A stretch of DNA of 64,000 bases from Alphaproteobacteria bacterium (GCA_028683655.1 JAQUHK010000002.1:996-64995), one strand, 5' to 3'. Counted from the first letter of the stretch, positions 19,621 to 29,167 are shown. Numbers and translations are program-made. Notes: generated by a model from the letters alone, not told the origin.

Positions 19621-20505
19621 ATGACTCTAGATATTGCATGGCCAAGCAGAGAAAAAAAAGATCGCGCTCGCGAAACAGTGGAATATTTCAATCCGAAAGC
19701 TAAAGATTATGACAAGACGGATGAACAGAGCTATTGGGTTTTTTCTGATCGACTCTTGTGGAGGTTGTTAAACGACCATATTTTGAGCGATTTGGCAAAA
19801 ATTAAGCCGTCATTTTCTCTTCTCGACGCAGGCTGTGGCACAGCGCGCTGGTCGTCAAAGATTTTAGAGGCTTACCCACAAAGTAGTGCAACTCTTCTGG
19901 ACATTACGCCAAACATGCTCGAAGTTTCTAAACAGAAACTTGAGAGCATGGGGCTTTCGTCACGAGCTGTATTGAAGCAACTGGATCTGAATGATTTAGA
20001 AGGCTTTCCGTTAAATCCACACGATTTGGCAATTTGTTTTCACAACGTGCTAAGTTTTGTTGTTGATCCTGCGGCAGTCATTCGAAGCCTTGTGAATAAA
20101 ATCAACGGTGGAGGAACGATATGTCTTGTTATTCCCAATCTTTTCCATGCCGTAAGTTTCAGCGCATCACTCGGGCGAATGATTGAGGTTAAGAGAGCCA
20201 TGAAGTCCTGCGCCGTCAAGTTTACAGATGAGGTTCCTGAGATGTGGGTATTCTCACCTGACAAAATCAAGAAAATCTTTGCATCTGCCGGTGTTTTGGA
20301 CTGCAGCGTCTTTGGCTTTCCCGTAACAGTATACCCACAGTTCGAAGAGACACAAATTGTAGGCAACAGCTCAAACAACAGCAAGCTTTTTGCAAATGAT
20401 GCTGCCGTTCAAACGTTGTTCGAAACTGAGCTGGTTTTATCAAACCAGCAAGAAGCGGCAGCACGTGGAAACAATCTGTTGGTAATTGCAAGAAAAGCAA
20501 CGTGA
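19621..20505 (+). CDS. Class I SAM-dependent methyltransferase
   Basis: LLDAGCGTARWS motif I (G-x-G-x-G). Confidence 0.7.
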   Translation: MTLDIAWPSREKKDRARETVEYFNPKAKDYDKTDEQSYWVFSDRLLWRLLNDHILSDLAKIKPSFSLLDAGCGTARWSSKILEAYPQSSATLLDITPNMLEVSKQKLESMGLSSRAVLKQLDLNDLEGFPLNPHDLAICFHNVLSFVVDPAAVIRSLVNKINGGGTICLVIPNLFHAVSFSASLGRMIEVKRAMKSCAVKFTDEVPEMWVFSPDKIKKIFASAGVLDCSVFGFPVTVYPQFEETQIVGNSSNNSKLFANDAAVQTLFETELVLSNQQEAAARGNNLLVIARKAT

Positions 20506-20569
20506 TCCTGTTTCTGGCATAACTTTATTATGAAATGAGCCACCGCATCAGCGGTTTATTGGGGGAAGA

Positions 20570-21859
20570 ATGCAGGCCAAAGATTTTTCGGATAGCTGCG
20601 CTCGTATTCGAGACGCCTTTATCCAGTCATTTCAAGATGCTCAGTTTGTCAATTTCGGCGTTAAGCCTCTAGTTCCGGAAGCTGATCAAAGCGTCATTTT
20701 TGTCGGTGCCTCTATTTCTGCTTTCAAACCATTCTTAACCAACCAATTGGTCTTTAACCAGAAATTCGATAACATGGTGCTTGTGCAACCATGTTTGCGT
20801 TTACACAATCTCAATAACCTTCTGAAGACACCTGTTCTTCAATACTACAGTTATTTCAATATGCTTGGCGCACTATGTCAACCATCTGCCGAAAAGCTAA
20901 CGATTGATGCCCTTGTCCGTTTCGTGGGTCAAATAATGACGAAAGGCATCATTAGAGCAAGCCGTCAGGAAACACCTTATTACTCAATATTCAATAATGC
21001 ATTCTCTATTGAACTTGACACACGTCCACCAGAATATTACAGCTGGATTTTTGGCACCAAAGAGTACATTGGGAAAGGCGTGACTCTTGCTCTTTCTAAC
21101 CACAACAAGAACTTCTGGCAGTTTAGCGTCAAAGATATTAGCAAGCCAGGTGCTGCTGCCTTGCCAGAAAACTTTGGAACAGGATTTCAGGATGTAGGCA
21201 ACCTTATCCGCCTATATGACCATAGTGGTCGACATATTGCGTCCGAAATTGGGCTTGGAATTGAAACAATTCATCAAGCTCAAAGTAATTGTGCGAGCCA
21301 GGTTGAAAGCTATGCGTACAAATCCATTCTTGAAAAGGTGTGTTCTAACGCCAGCGACCATTTTGTCGACTCAGCTGTTACATCGACAATCATCGTACAA
21401 GCAGGCGTGCGCGACGAAAATTCAAAAAGGGGTCAGCTTCTGAACAAAGCTGTGCGTAATACCGTATACACGGGATTAATAGAAGGGATGAATTTGGATC
21501 AAATAACGCGATCCACAGACACCTTGAATCAATTTTTAGGTGGCTCCCCATCAAACGCTGAAGACGTGCGCAAAATTGTAGAAAAGCAGTACTATGCTGC
21601 GATAAAGAATATTACAAATCTTGGCAGAGTTTTATCATCACCGCCCTCATCTGGGCGCGATGAGCATAGCCGAAAAAAGCTTGTAAAAAAAGTAATGAAC
21701 CTTGCTGATGGTGAATACTATATTCCGGATGTTGTGAGGGATCATCTTTTAAGCCAAAAAGGTCTGGTTGATCCTAGTCAGAATGGAGCTACTCCCTATC
21801 GCCCGCTTGACAGGCTGTTCCAGTTCATTCAGTCCAATCCTGCGCCAATTATGTGCTAA
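20570..21859 (+). CDS. Divergent alanyl-tRNA-synthetase catalytic-domain-like protein (paralog of 23076..24380)
   Basis: PLVPEADQSVIFVGASISAFKPFL and VQPCLRLHNLNN...YFNMLGA parallel AlaRS SLVPxNDPTLLFTNAGMxxFK and QxCxRxxxxHNDxxNVG...TFFEMLGN. The GDTGPCGPC block is absent. Confidence 0.45.
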   Translation: MQAKDFSDSCARIRDAFIQSFQDAQFVNFGVKPLVPEADQSVIFVGASISAFKPFLTNQLVFNQKFDNMVLVQPCLRLHNLNNLLKTPVLQYYSYFNMLGALCQPSAEKLTIDALVRFVGQIMTKGIIRASRQETPYYSIFNNAFSIELDTRPPEYYSWIFGTKEYIGKGVTLALSNHNKNFWQFSVKDISKPGAAALPENFGTGFQDVGNLIRLYDHSGRHIASEIGLGIETIHQAQSNCASQVESYAYKSILEKVCSNASDHFVDSAVTSTIIVQAGVRDENSKRGQLLNKAVRNTVYTGLIEGMNLDQITRSTDTLNQFLGGSPSNAEDVRKIVEKQYYAAIKNITNLGRVLSSPPSSGRDEHSRKKLVKKVMNLADGEYYIPDVVRDHLLSQKGLVDPSQNGATPYRPLDRLFQFIQSNPAPIMC

Positions 21860-21874
21860 AACGGGAGATATAAG

Positions 21875-22942
21875 ATGTCAGTGCTATTGAAAAATTTGGT
21901 TCGTCCGCGATGCCTTCAAGCCGGTGACTTAGTTGCTGCTGTAAGCTTATCTTGGGGTGGAGCTGCGATTTTTCCTCACCGGTATGAAACGGGCAAAAGT
22001 CAGTTTGAGCAGGCTTATGGCATCCGCGTGGTTGAGATGAAACATACGCTTAAATCTCCTGCGTGGATTGCTCAAAATCCGGCAGCAAGAGCCGATGACT
22101 TAATGGAGGCCTTCACAAATCCCGAAATATCAGGAATCGTGTCTGTCATTGGTGGCGATGATTCAGTGCTTATTTTGCCCTATTTGGATATAGGGGTAAT
22201 CGAGAAGAATCCGAAGCTATTTGTCGGTTATTCGGATACAACGGTAACTCATTTTGCTTGTTTAAAAGCTGGTGTGACAAGTTTTTACGGCCCCAGCATT
22301 ATGGCAGGATTTGCTGAAAATGCGGGTTTGCATAGTTATATGCGTCATTCTATCGAGAAAACCATGTTTTCACCTGAACCCGTCGGAACCATTATGCCAG
22401 CACAGGGCTGGACTACCGAACATCTTGACTGGGCCAGTCCTGAAAATCAAAAGCAGGCGCGAAAGATGAATCCTAATACAGGCTGGGTGTGCTTGCAAGG
22501 CACAGGCCGCACACAAGGTCGCTTGATTGGCGGGTGTGTAAGTACAATGCAGATGATTGAGGATACAAACATATGGCCAGAGCTTGATGTTTGGCGCGAC
22601 GGAATTCTTTTCTGCGAAGTCTCTGAGGAACTATCGTCAGCAGATGACTTCAAATTATGGCTACGCCATATGGGAGAAAAAGGCATATTGCAGGTTCTTA
22701 ACGGCATTCTCTTTGGGCGTCCCAGTGGACAAACGCCAAAAGCCGATTGGCATTTGTTTGACGAGGCATTTCTTTCGGTGATCCGTGATGAGCTTTCCCT
22801 GACAAGCCTTGCCATACTCTCACATCTGGATTTTGGCCATACGGACCCTATGTTTGTATTACCCTACGGTGTCATGGCCGAAATTGACTGTGACAAAACC
22901 TCGCTTGCTATACTTGAAAAAGCTGTGTTACCAAGGAGTTAG
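21875..22942 (+). CDS. Peptidase S66 family (LD-carboxypeptidase LdcA / microcin C immunity MccF-like)
   Basis: KLFVGYSDTTVTHFACLKAG contains the S66 GYSD catalytic-serine motif. Confidence 0.65.
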   Translation: MSVLLKNLVRPRCLQAGDLVAAVSLSWGGAAIFPHRYETGKSQFEQAYGIRVVEMKHTLKSPAWIAQNPAARADDLMEAFTNPEISGIVSVIGGDDSVLILPYLDIGVIEKNPKLFVGYSDTTVTHFACLKAGVTSFYGPSIMAGFAENAGLHSYMRHSIEKTMFSPEPVGTIMPAQGWTTEHLDWASPENQKQARKMNPNTGWVCLQGTGRTQGRLIGGCVSTMQMIEDTNIWPELDVWRDGILFCEVSEELSSADDFKLWLRHMGEKGILQVLNGILFGRPSGQTPKADWHLFDEAFLSVIRDELSLTSLAILSHLDFGHTDPMFVLPYGVMAEIDCDKTSLAILEKAVLPRS

Positions 22943-23075
22943 GAATGCAAAGGTGTGTTGGCGGAACAAGCAACAAGGTGTAAACTCTGGCGCAGGTTGA
23001 GATGTTTGGCGTGCTTTAGCGTGAGCCGAATAAATAGAAAAAAAGATACCAACTTAACAATGAAAAGGGGGAATT

Positions 23076-24380
23076 ATGACAACCACCACACAAATTATTC
23101 GTGAGCAATTTTTAGAGTTCTTTCAATCACGTGATCACATGATCATCCCTGGAGCCAGCCTAGTTCCCTCGAACGATCCAACTTTATTGCTGATAAATTC
23201 TGGCATGGCTCCTATCAAACCCTATTTTACAGCGGAAGCTGTGCCCATTAGCCCCCGCCTGTGCAATGTTCAAAAATGCATCCGCACTAATGACATTGAG
23301 GATGTCGGCGATCGTTCACATTTAACATTCTTTGAGATGCTTGGCAGCTGGTCGATTGGAGATTATTTTAAAGATGTCGCGGTAGAGCTTGCCGGAGATC
23401 TGCTGATGGGGAAGTTAAATATTCCTCAAAGTAAACTATATGCTACTGTCTATAAAGGAAACGACACAATTGGGCTAGCTTACGATGAAGAAAGCCATCG
23501 CGCATGGGAACGGTTGGGTTTCAAAAGCAATCAAATTGTTCCTCTTGGTGATGAAGATAATTTATGGGGGCCCGCTGGTGACACAGGGCCATGTGGACCA
23601 TGCACCGAGGTGTTCATTGATCTTGGCGACAAAACAGGTATTGGCAGCTATGAAGAAACTGGCATCTTTAACACACGCCGCTACATTGAGATTTGGAATG
23701 CTGGTGTCTTTATGCAGCTTAACAAAAATGCTGATGGCTCGTATGCCCCACTTCCATTTACCAGCGTGGACACAGGCGCAGGCCTAGAGCGTCTAACTAT
23801 GGCCATTAATGGCAATGAAAATGTGTATCAGGAGGAGCCGTACACATTACTTCTGACACAAATGCCTTCGGTTTTCTCGCAACATGAATGTCGTGTCGTT
23901 GCAGATCATGTGCGCGCCGCTTCACACCTTATTAGTGATGGTGTGTCGCCTGGGCGTAATGGCAGGGAATATATTACGCGACGCCTTATCCGTCGAATGG
24001 AAACAATCGCCGCATGTCATCGAACAAAGATTCCATATCCAGAACTGTTAAATGTCGTGCAGGCTAAAGACGGCAGAAATCACGAGGAATTTAAAAAAAG
24101 CGACGCCTTAATTAGAGAAGTTGTTGCGGCGGAAGTTGCCGTGTTTTCCCGCACACTGTCTTCAGGTCTTAAGGCATTCGATAAAGTTACCCGTAAGTTG
24201 AATGGATCAGCTGAATTGCCAAGCCAACATGCTTTCAACATCGTTACGGCTCATGGCTTTCCCTTAGAGGCCCTTGAACAAATTGCGACGACGCGTGGGC
24301 TGCGTATTGATCGACCAGGGGTGGAGCTTCTTATGGATCGACACAAAGCACTGTCACGCGGCGCGCCAAAACCAAAGTAA
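23076..24380 (+). CDS. Alanyl-tRNA synthetase N-terminal fragment-like protein (aminoacylation plus tRNA-recognition domains only; no editing or C-Ala domains), 434 aa
   Basis: Near-collinear match to the AlaRS N-terminus: LVPSNDPTLLLINSGMAPIKPYF, CIRTNDIEDVG, HLTFFEMLGSWSIGDYFK, GDTGPCGPCTEVF, RYIEIWNAGVFMQ, SVDTGAGLERL, RVVADHVRAASHLISDGV. Ends where the editing domain would begin. Confidence 0.8.
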   Translation: MTTTTQIIREQFLEFFQSRDHMIIPGASLVPSNDPTLLLINSGMAPIKPYFTAEAVPISPRLCNVQKCIRTNDIEDVGDRSHLTFFEMLGSWSIGDYFKDVAVELAGDLLMGKLNIPQSKLYATVYKGNDTIGLAYDEESHRAWERLGFKSNQIVPLGDEDNLWGPAGDTGPCGPCTEVFIDLGDKTGIGSYEETGIFNTRRYIEIWNAGVFMQLNKNADGSYAPLPFTSVDTGAGLERLTMAINGNENVYQEEPYTLLLTQMPSVFSQHECRVVADHVRAASHLISDGVSPGRNGREYITRRLIRRMETIAACHRTKIPYPELLNVVQAKDGRNHEEFKKSDALIREVVAAEVAVFSRTLSSGLKAFDKVTRKLNGSAELPSQHAFNIVTAHGFPLEALEQIATTRGLRIDRPGVELLMDRHKALSRGAPKPK

Positions 24381-24396
24381 TAGGCCTTTCCTCAAA

Positions 24397-24423
24397 AGAT
24401 ATAGCCTCGTCGAGGCTATATCT
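24397..24423. terminator. Perfect palindrome / hairpin after the mini-AlaRS gene
   Basis: AGATATAGCCTCG / CGAGGCTATATCT inverted repeat. No clear T-run, so it may be a terminator or a protein-binding site. Confidence 0.3.
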
Positions 24424-24525
24424 TGAAAGGAGACGTGCTGGACAACACACCTTTCTCATTATCTGTTGCGCACGTCGGATCGAGTAATTAGGAAAGGTTG
24501 ATAGATGCTTCTAATTAGAAATCAA

Positions 24526-24942
24526 ATGAAGGCATTTAAGAACACACTGCTTCTTGTTCTAGTTGCACAGGCAATCGTCGGATGTCGCGGACAAGAAAAA
24601 AACGACAAGCGAAGCGATTTTATGAAGCAGTGCATTTCATTCAGAACGAATGACAAAATTCATTCAGTCGTGTTTAAGCAAGGGCAAGTCGTTATAACAA
24701 GAAGCTTTCTTGCACCGACTAGATTTGAAAGTTTTTACGTTTGTTTAAATGAACCACGCTGTGAGGATAAATTGGAATCTTGGCATTTGGGACCAGACAC
24801 GACGGGTCGTTTTGTGCGGCTTGTGAGTCCGAGCTCATTACCTACTCCTACGATGGTAAAGCGTGTGGACAAAACCGAGCCATTGCTGGCCAGAGGGAAC
24901 GCATTTCACGCCACGATTAAAGAGTGCGTAGCTTATGAATAG
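24526..24942 (+). CDS. Putative lipoprotein (about 138 aa)
   Basis: MKAFKNTLLLVLVAQAIVGC is a lipobox-like signal peptide (IVGC). Confidence 0.4.
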   Translation: MKAFKNTLLLVLVAQAIVGCRGQEKNDKRSDFMKQCISFRTNDKIHSVVFKQGQVVITRSFLAPTRFESFYVCLNEPRCEDKLESWHLGPDTTGRFVRLVSPSSLPTPTMVKRVDKTEPLLARGNAFHATIKECVAYE

Positions 24943-24964
24943 GCCACAAAAACAAAGGAACACG

Positions 24965-26065
24965 ATGAAAAAGATTCAACGTAACAAATATCTAGCCTAT
25001 GCGAGCAACTTGAAGCGGGAAGAAATTAAACAGATTGCAACCTATGTGCTGTGGCTTCCCGATCAAATCATCGACTGCCATGCACACTGCAATCTGGACA
25101 TACATGTTAAATCTTTGTCCCCAACTGTCTACAATCATATGATGTCAACCTTTCCAAGTTTTAATTTGGATGAATCTGAATCTTGGACAAAAGTCTTGCT
25201 GCCCGGCAAGGACGTTCAGCACCTCCGTTTTCCACATGCTTTTCCTGGCATTGATCACAGGGCTGCAAACACGTATCTCTTGGAAAACTCGCCCGACAAG
25301 GACTTGGTCGCGATCTATGGAATCCCCAATGATATTCCCTACACAATTGAAACGCTTAATCATCCTCGCGCTTCGGCTCTCAAAATGTACTATTTATATT
25401 TAGATCCTCCAGCGAAAGATGTATATCAATTTTTTCCAACACAGGTTTTGAAAGAGGCTGAGCGTTTAAAAAAGCCGATCATTTTGCATCTTCCGAGCCC
25501 GCTCCCTCAATGCGTTGATCAAGTCGAACGTTTAGCACAAGATTTTCCTGAGCTGAAGATTTGCCTCGCGCATTTGGGTGTTTGCGAAACAGTTACCTCT
25601 GAATTGGAATCGGCCTTTCGGAAGATCAGGCCCTATCCCAATATCAATATGGACACGGCACTTGTGCCCTCTTCTAAAGTTGTAAGTTTGGCCTACGATG
25701 TTTTGGGTTTGAAAAGGATCATGTATGGTTCGGATGCCCCCTTAAATCTCATCCGTTCAGTTTGGTATCAAAATCCAGAATTAGGAACCAGATTGGCAAC
25801 CGAATTCCCCTATCATTGGGCAAACCCATCAGAATACGTTAAATATAAACACCTAGCGCTGAATTCCATTCATGCTCAATGGACGGCCTTGGGGGCGATC
25901 CATTCCTTTTTTGATGGGAAGTGGGGTCCAGAACGCATTCAAGCTAAATTAGCCATTTTCCACAGCAACGCCAAAATATTTTTTGGTTTTCCTGATTATG
26001 AACCCACACGGCCTTGTAATACTATACCCAACCTGCAGAACAGCAACGAACAAACATTGAAATAA
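24965..26065 (+). CDS. Amidohydrolase-2 / TIM-barrel metal-dependent hydrolase family protein
   Basis: IIDCHAHC metal-binding start, internal HLPSP and LAHLG, late GSDAP motif. RBS aaggaac before the ATG at 24965. Confidence 0.5.
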   Translation: MKKIQRNKYLAYASNLKREEIKQIATYVLWLPDQIIDCHAHCNLDIHVKSLSPTVYNHMMSTFPSFNLDESESWTKVLLPGKDVQHLRFPHAFPGIDHRAANTYLLENSPDKDLVAIYGIPNDIPYTIETLNHPRASALKMYYLYLDPPAKDVYQFFPTQVLKEAERLKKPIILHLPSPLPQCVDQVERLAQDFPELKICLAHLGVCETVTSELESAFRKIRPYPNINMDTALVPSSKVVSLAYDVLGLKRIMYGSDAPLNLIRSVWYQNPELGTRLATEFPYHWANPSEYVKYKHLALNSIHAQWTALGAIHSFFDGKWGPERIQAKLAIFHSNAKIFFGFPDYEPTRPCNTIPNLQNSNEQTLK

Positions 26066-26082
26066 TCTTACAGGAGAACGAT

Positions 26083-27105
26083 ATGACAACCGTTAATTTA
26101 AGTATTCGTGATTTTGGTGACCATGCCTGTTTATTTATTCCTGTGCAGCGAGGCGTTCGTGTTCTGTGGGAACTGACCAAACGCTGCAATCTTGCATGCA
26201 AACATTGCTTCGTTCCTCCATATTCTAAGGAACGCGGTGATCTTTCTACGGCTCAATGCATCTCAATCATGGACAGTTTTCCTCAAGCTGAAGTCACACG
26301 CATTATATTCAGCGGCGGCGAACCTTTGACGAGGCGAGACATTCCAGAATTGATCCAAGCATCAAATGCGCGAGGCATTCAGGCCGCATTGTGCACAAAT
26401 GCGACACTTGTTACTGACTCTATTGCAAGAGATTTATATCGATCTGGACTTCGCGAAGCTTTCGTCAGCTTAGATGGTGCAACAGCTGAAGTTCATGACG
26501 GACAGAGGGGCCTTTCCGGCAGCTTTGACAGGACTATCAAAGGGATCAAAACGCTTAAGTATAATGGTCTGACCGTTGATATCTCCTGTATTCCGACAAA
26601 GCTAAACATCCATGACTTGCAAGAACTTCCCCGACTATGCAGTTCGCTTGGCTGTTCATCAATAACTTTCGGGGGATGGTTTCCTAAGCAAAACATGCGC
26701 GGCACTGGCGGTGATCTGACGCCTGACGCTCAATCAATGACTAAGTTCCTTCACTCATTCCGAGAGGTCGGTGAGAAAGCCAACATGCCTATGCACACGA
26801 GCAGGCTTGTTCCTCACGCGCCGCTTGAAGCTTGTCCCGCTGGCGTATCTATCATTGGGATAGATGCCAGTGGCCACTACCACCCATGTCTCAATATTCC
26901 TACAACGCATTCCGAAATTACCGATGCGCTGAAGGCATCAATCACAGAAATCCTGAAGAGATTTAAAAAGATACCCGAACTGCCTACGTGCGCAAAAAAT
27001 TGCCCTAGCGGCGAAGAATGCTTTGGCGGCTGCCCAGCGGATAAAATCAATGGGGTAGATAGGGTATGCTCACAAAAAGGATTAGTTTCTTTACAAATTA
27101 GGTAG
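26083..27105 (+). CDS. Radical SAM enzyme with C-terminal SPASM-like Cys-rich domain
   Basis: CNLACKHC (CxxxCxxC) with downstream FSGGEPL. C-terminal CPAGVS...HYHPC...CAKNCPSGEECFGGC cysteine cluster. Confidence 0.8.
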   Translation: MTTVNLSIRDFGDHACLFIPVQRGVRVLWELTKRCNLACKHCFVPPYSKERGDLSTAQCISIMDSFPQAEVTRIIFSGGEPLTRRDIPELIQASNARGIQAALCTNATLVTDSIARDLYRSGLREAFVSLDGATAEVHDGQRGLSGSFDRTIKGIKTLKYNGLTVDISCIPTKLNIHDLQELPRLCSSLGCSSITFGGWFPKQNMRGTGGDLTPDAQSMTKFLHSFREVGEKANMPMHTSRLVPHAPLEACPAGVSIIGIDASGHYHPCLNIPTTHSEITDALKASITEILKRFKKIPELPTCAKNCPSGEECFGGCPADKINGVDRVCSQKGLVSLQIR

Positions 27106-27405
27106 ATTCCTTATCTCCACTTAAAACCGCAACGAAATTTGAGCAAGCGGCTTAGCACGGCTAACTGTCCGCCTCCTAGATAAGTATTAAGCGGCGTCGG
27201 GGATCGCCGCATCTAGATCATCGACAAATGTTTATTGTTCCAGCAGACCAGTAAGCAGGCATTACAGGGGAACCAGTCTGTGATGAGAGAGCATATTAGC
27301 GGGACCACATAGACACGTTATGGGAATCATACCTGACACAAAAAGACAGAATCAATGATAATCGACCGCCATCTTTTGTATCAGATTCAGATGGTTATGG
27401 CGACA

Positions 27406-27861
27406 TTAGATTTGGCCAGAATTTGCCTTAATAAGTCCAAGAAGAGCCGTAACACTGCTAAGCATCAATTTGGCGTCGCCTTCGGTGATTTCGTCAAGGA
27501 CGCTCCAATCATGCGCTTCGCGCAGACCTGCGACGGTGTCGATGACATGCTCAATATTTTGGCACTCATCGGGGGTTGAGCCGATATTGCGGGTGCTTTT
27601 CACAAACCTCTCGAAGACTTTGATAGAAGTGATGGCGGCAGCATTGTCATTATTGGCCGTATGCTGAGGGAGCTGTTTTTCTGTTGCCCGTTCTGCCTCA
27701 CAGCCGAGACTCGCCATATAGCCCGCGGCAATGCTGTCCGAAGCCCGATAAGCCAATCGTTCTGCTTCGCCATATTGTGCGGCTGTAAGCAACTCTCGCG
27801 CTTGCCGTAGCTGTTCCGTTGCTTGATCGAATAGGGTTTGGCTGTGCGCTGTCATCATCAT
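27406..27861 (-). CDS. Conserved island-backbone hypothetical protein (151 aa), helical
   Basis: Paralog at 51800..52201 (MMMTAHSQTLFDQATEQLR vs MMMNSHSQTLFDQATEQLR). Shared REAHDWS motif. Confidence 0.5.
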   Translation of the reverse strand: MMMTAHSQTLFDQATEQLRQARELLTAAQYGEAERLAYRASDSIAAGYMASLGCEAERATEKQLPQHTANNDNAAAITSIKVFERFVKSTRNIGSTPDECQNIEHVIDTVAGLREAHDWSVLDEITEGDAKLMLSSVTALLGLIKANSGQI

Positions 27862-29090
27862 GCCGCCAGTGAAAAAATCGGGTCATGTCTTGCCGCATCG
27901 GGACTGATAAGTTTAAGGGGCCGTGACGGCGCATTATGTTTTTGCGCCGCCTTGCGCAAGTCAAGGCTTGCCGTTTGCATCGGACGATTACCTAGCACAC
28001 GCTCTTTTCCGCCGATGGCTTTGATTGCGGCGGCAATCTCCGGCTCCTCCAAAACATGGATGTGCATCGGCGGTGTCATGACAGGTTCTCGACGTTTAGG
28101 GGCTAACAGAATGATGTTCTGGGCATCGAACAGGGCCGCAAAAACCTCTCGCACACTCCCGTCACAGGGGATTTGAGGACTTGGCGCGCTTTGGACAAGG
28201 CCGCCCCAGCTACGCTCGCCAATCTCTTGATCCGCTGCTTTGAGTATAGACGACACCACACATTCCAAAACACCTGCATTCGGCAGGCTGCCGTTGCTGA
28301 TAAACTGGCATTGCGTTACAGGCGTTCCCTTAAAGGTAGAAAGACCCTTGGTAAAGCTAGCCATCACCTTTTGCTTCGCATTCGGGCTTTCCCAACTCAC
28401 AACAAAGTTATTGGGATCAATCGTTCCGTCAGCCATCCGCACAAACTGGACATCCACGGGTACTTTGAATCTATCTTCAAGCCCATGCACGCTCTCAATC
28501 TTGAAAAGTGCACTCTCTTCATCCTTACCGAGATGCGCTCCCAACTTTTCTTGGATCGTGACAATACTTCTATTGTCCGGCGCAAACTCGAATATCTCAC
28601 CGACAGGTACACTGCCATCCTTGAACCCATGCGTTGCGTAGTAATCAATGCTGGCTTGAATAAGAGAGTGGCCGAGCCCGCCCTCTGGACGCCTCTTTGC
28701 ATATGGCTTCTCAAGAATTATCTTCTTCATCTCGGAAGGCAGAATGCATACATCCTCGCTATAAATCCCGCGATGAACATCGATGTCATTTCCGTTTCTT
28801 TGCAAAAAGAGTGAACGGAAATTGATCGTCGCACCAACAATCTTTGGATCGCAAGTATCCCATGCAGTGGCAAAGAATAACACTTCAACGTCGCCTGCAG
28901 ACATGACTTTCATGGCGCGTCGGAAACCAACAGCGTCAAATGTCGCTCCATGGATTTTGGCTTCATGTTGAATCGAGTCGCGCAGAATGCCGCTCAACGC
29001 ACAATTGTGGAGGATGTCTTTCTCGTTCTGGGGCAACACGGCGACGTTGAGTCCGCCCATGAGCTGTTGAAAGTTTTTTGTTTCAATCAT
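27858..29090 (-). CDS. Conserved island-backbone hypothetical protein (410 aa)
   Basis: About 75% identical paralog at 52198..53445. No recognisable catalytic motif. Confidence 0.55.
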   Translation of the reverse strand: MIETKNFQQLMGGLNVAVLPQNEKDILHNCALSGILRDSIQHEAKIHGATFDAVGFRRAMKVMSAGDVEVLFFATAWDTCDPKIVGATINFRSLFLQRNGNDIDVHRGIYSEDVCILPSEMKKIILEKPYAKRRPEGGLGHSLIQASIDYYATHGFKDGSVPVGEIFEFAPDNRSIVTIQEKLGAHLGKDEESALFKIESVHGLEDRFKVPVDVQFVRMADGTIDPNNFVVSWESPNAKQKVMASFTKGLSTFKGTPVTQCQFISNGSLPNAGVLECVVSSILKAADQEIGERSWGGLVQSAPSPQIPCDGSVREVFAALFDAQNIILLAPKRREPVMTPPMHIHVLEEPEIAAAIKAIGGKERVLGNRPMQTASLDLRKAAQKHNAPSRPLKLISPDAARHDPIFSLAA

Positions 29091-29167
29091 TGTGCGACAC
29101 CCAAAATTTGAGGAGCCAAAACTAATCCGAGTTTATCACAAAATCCTGCACATTCACTGGGGGCTTA

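Noticed and set aside
28173-28814. Plus-strand ORFs (213, 133 aa) opposite the 410-aa backbone gene; likewise 52537..53365
   Set aside because: The minus-strand gene is conserved as a paralog pair with a conserved start. The plus ORFs are not conserved in frame between the copies.
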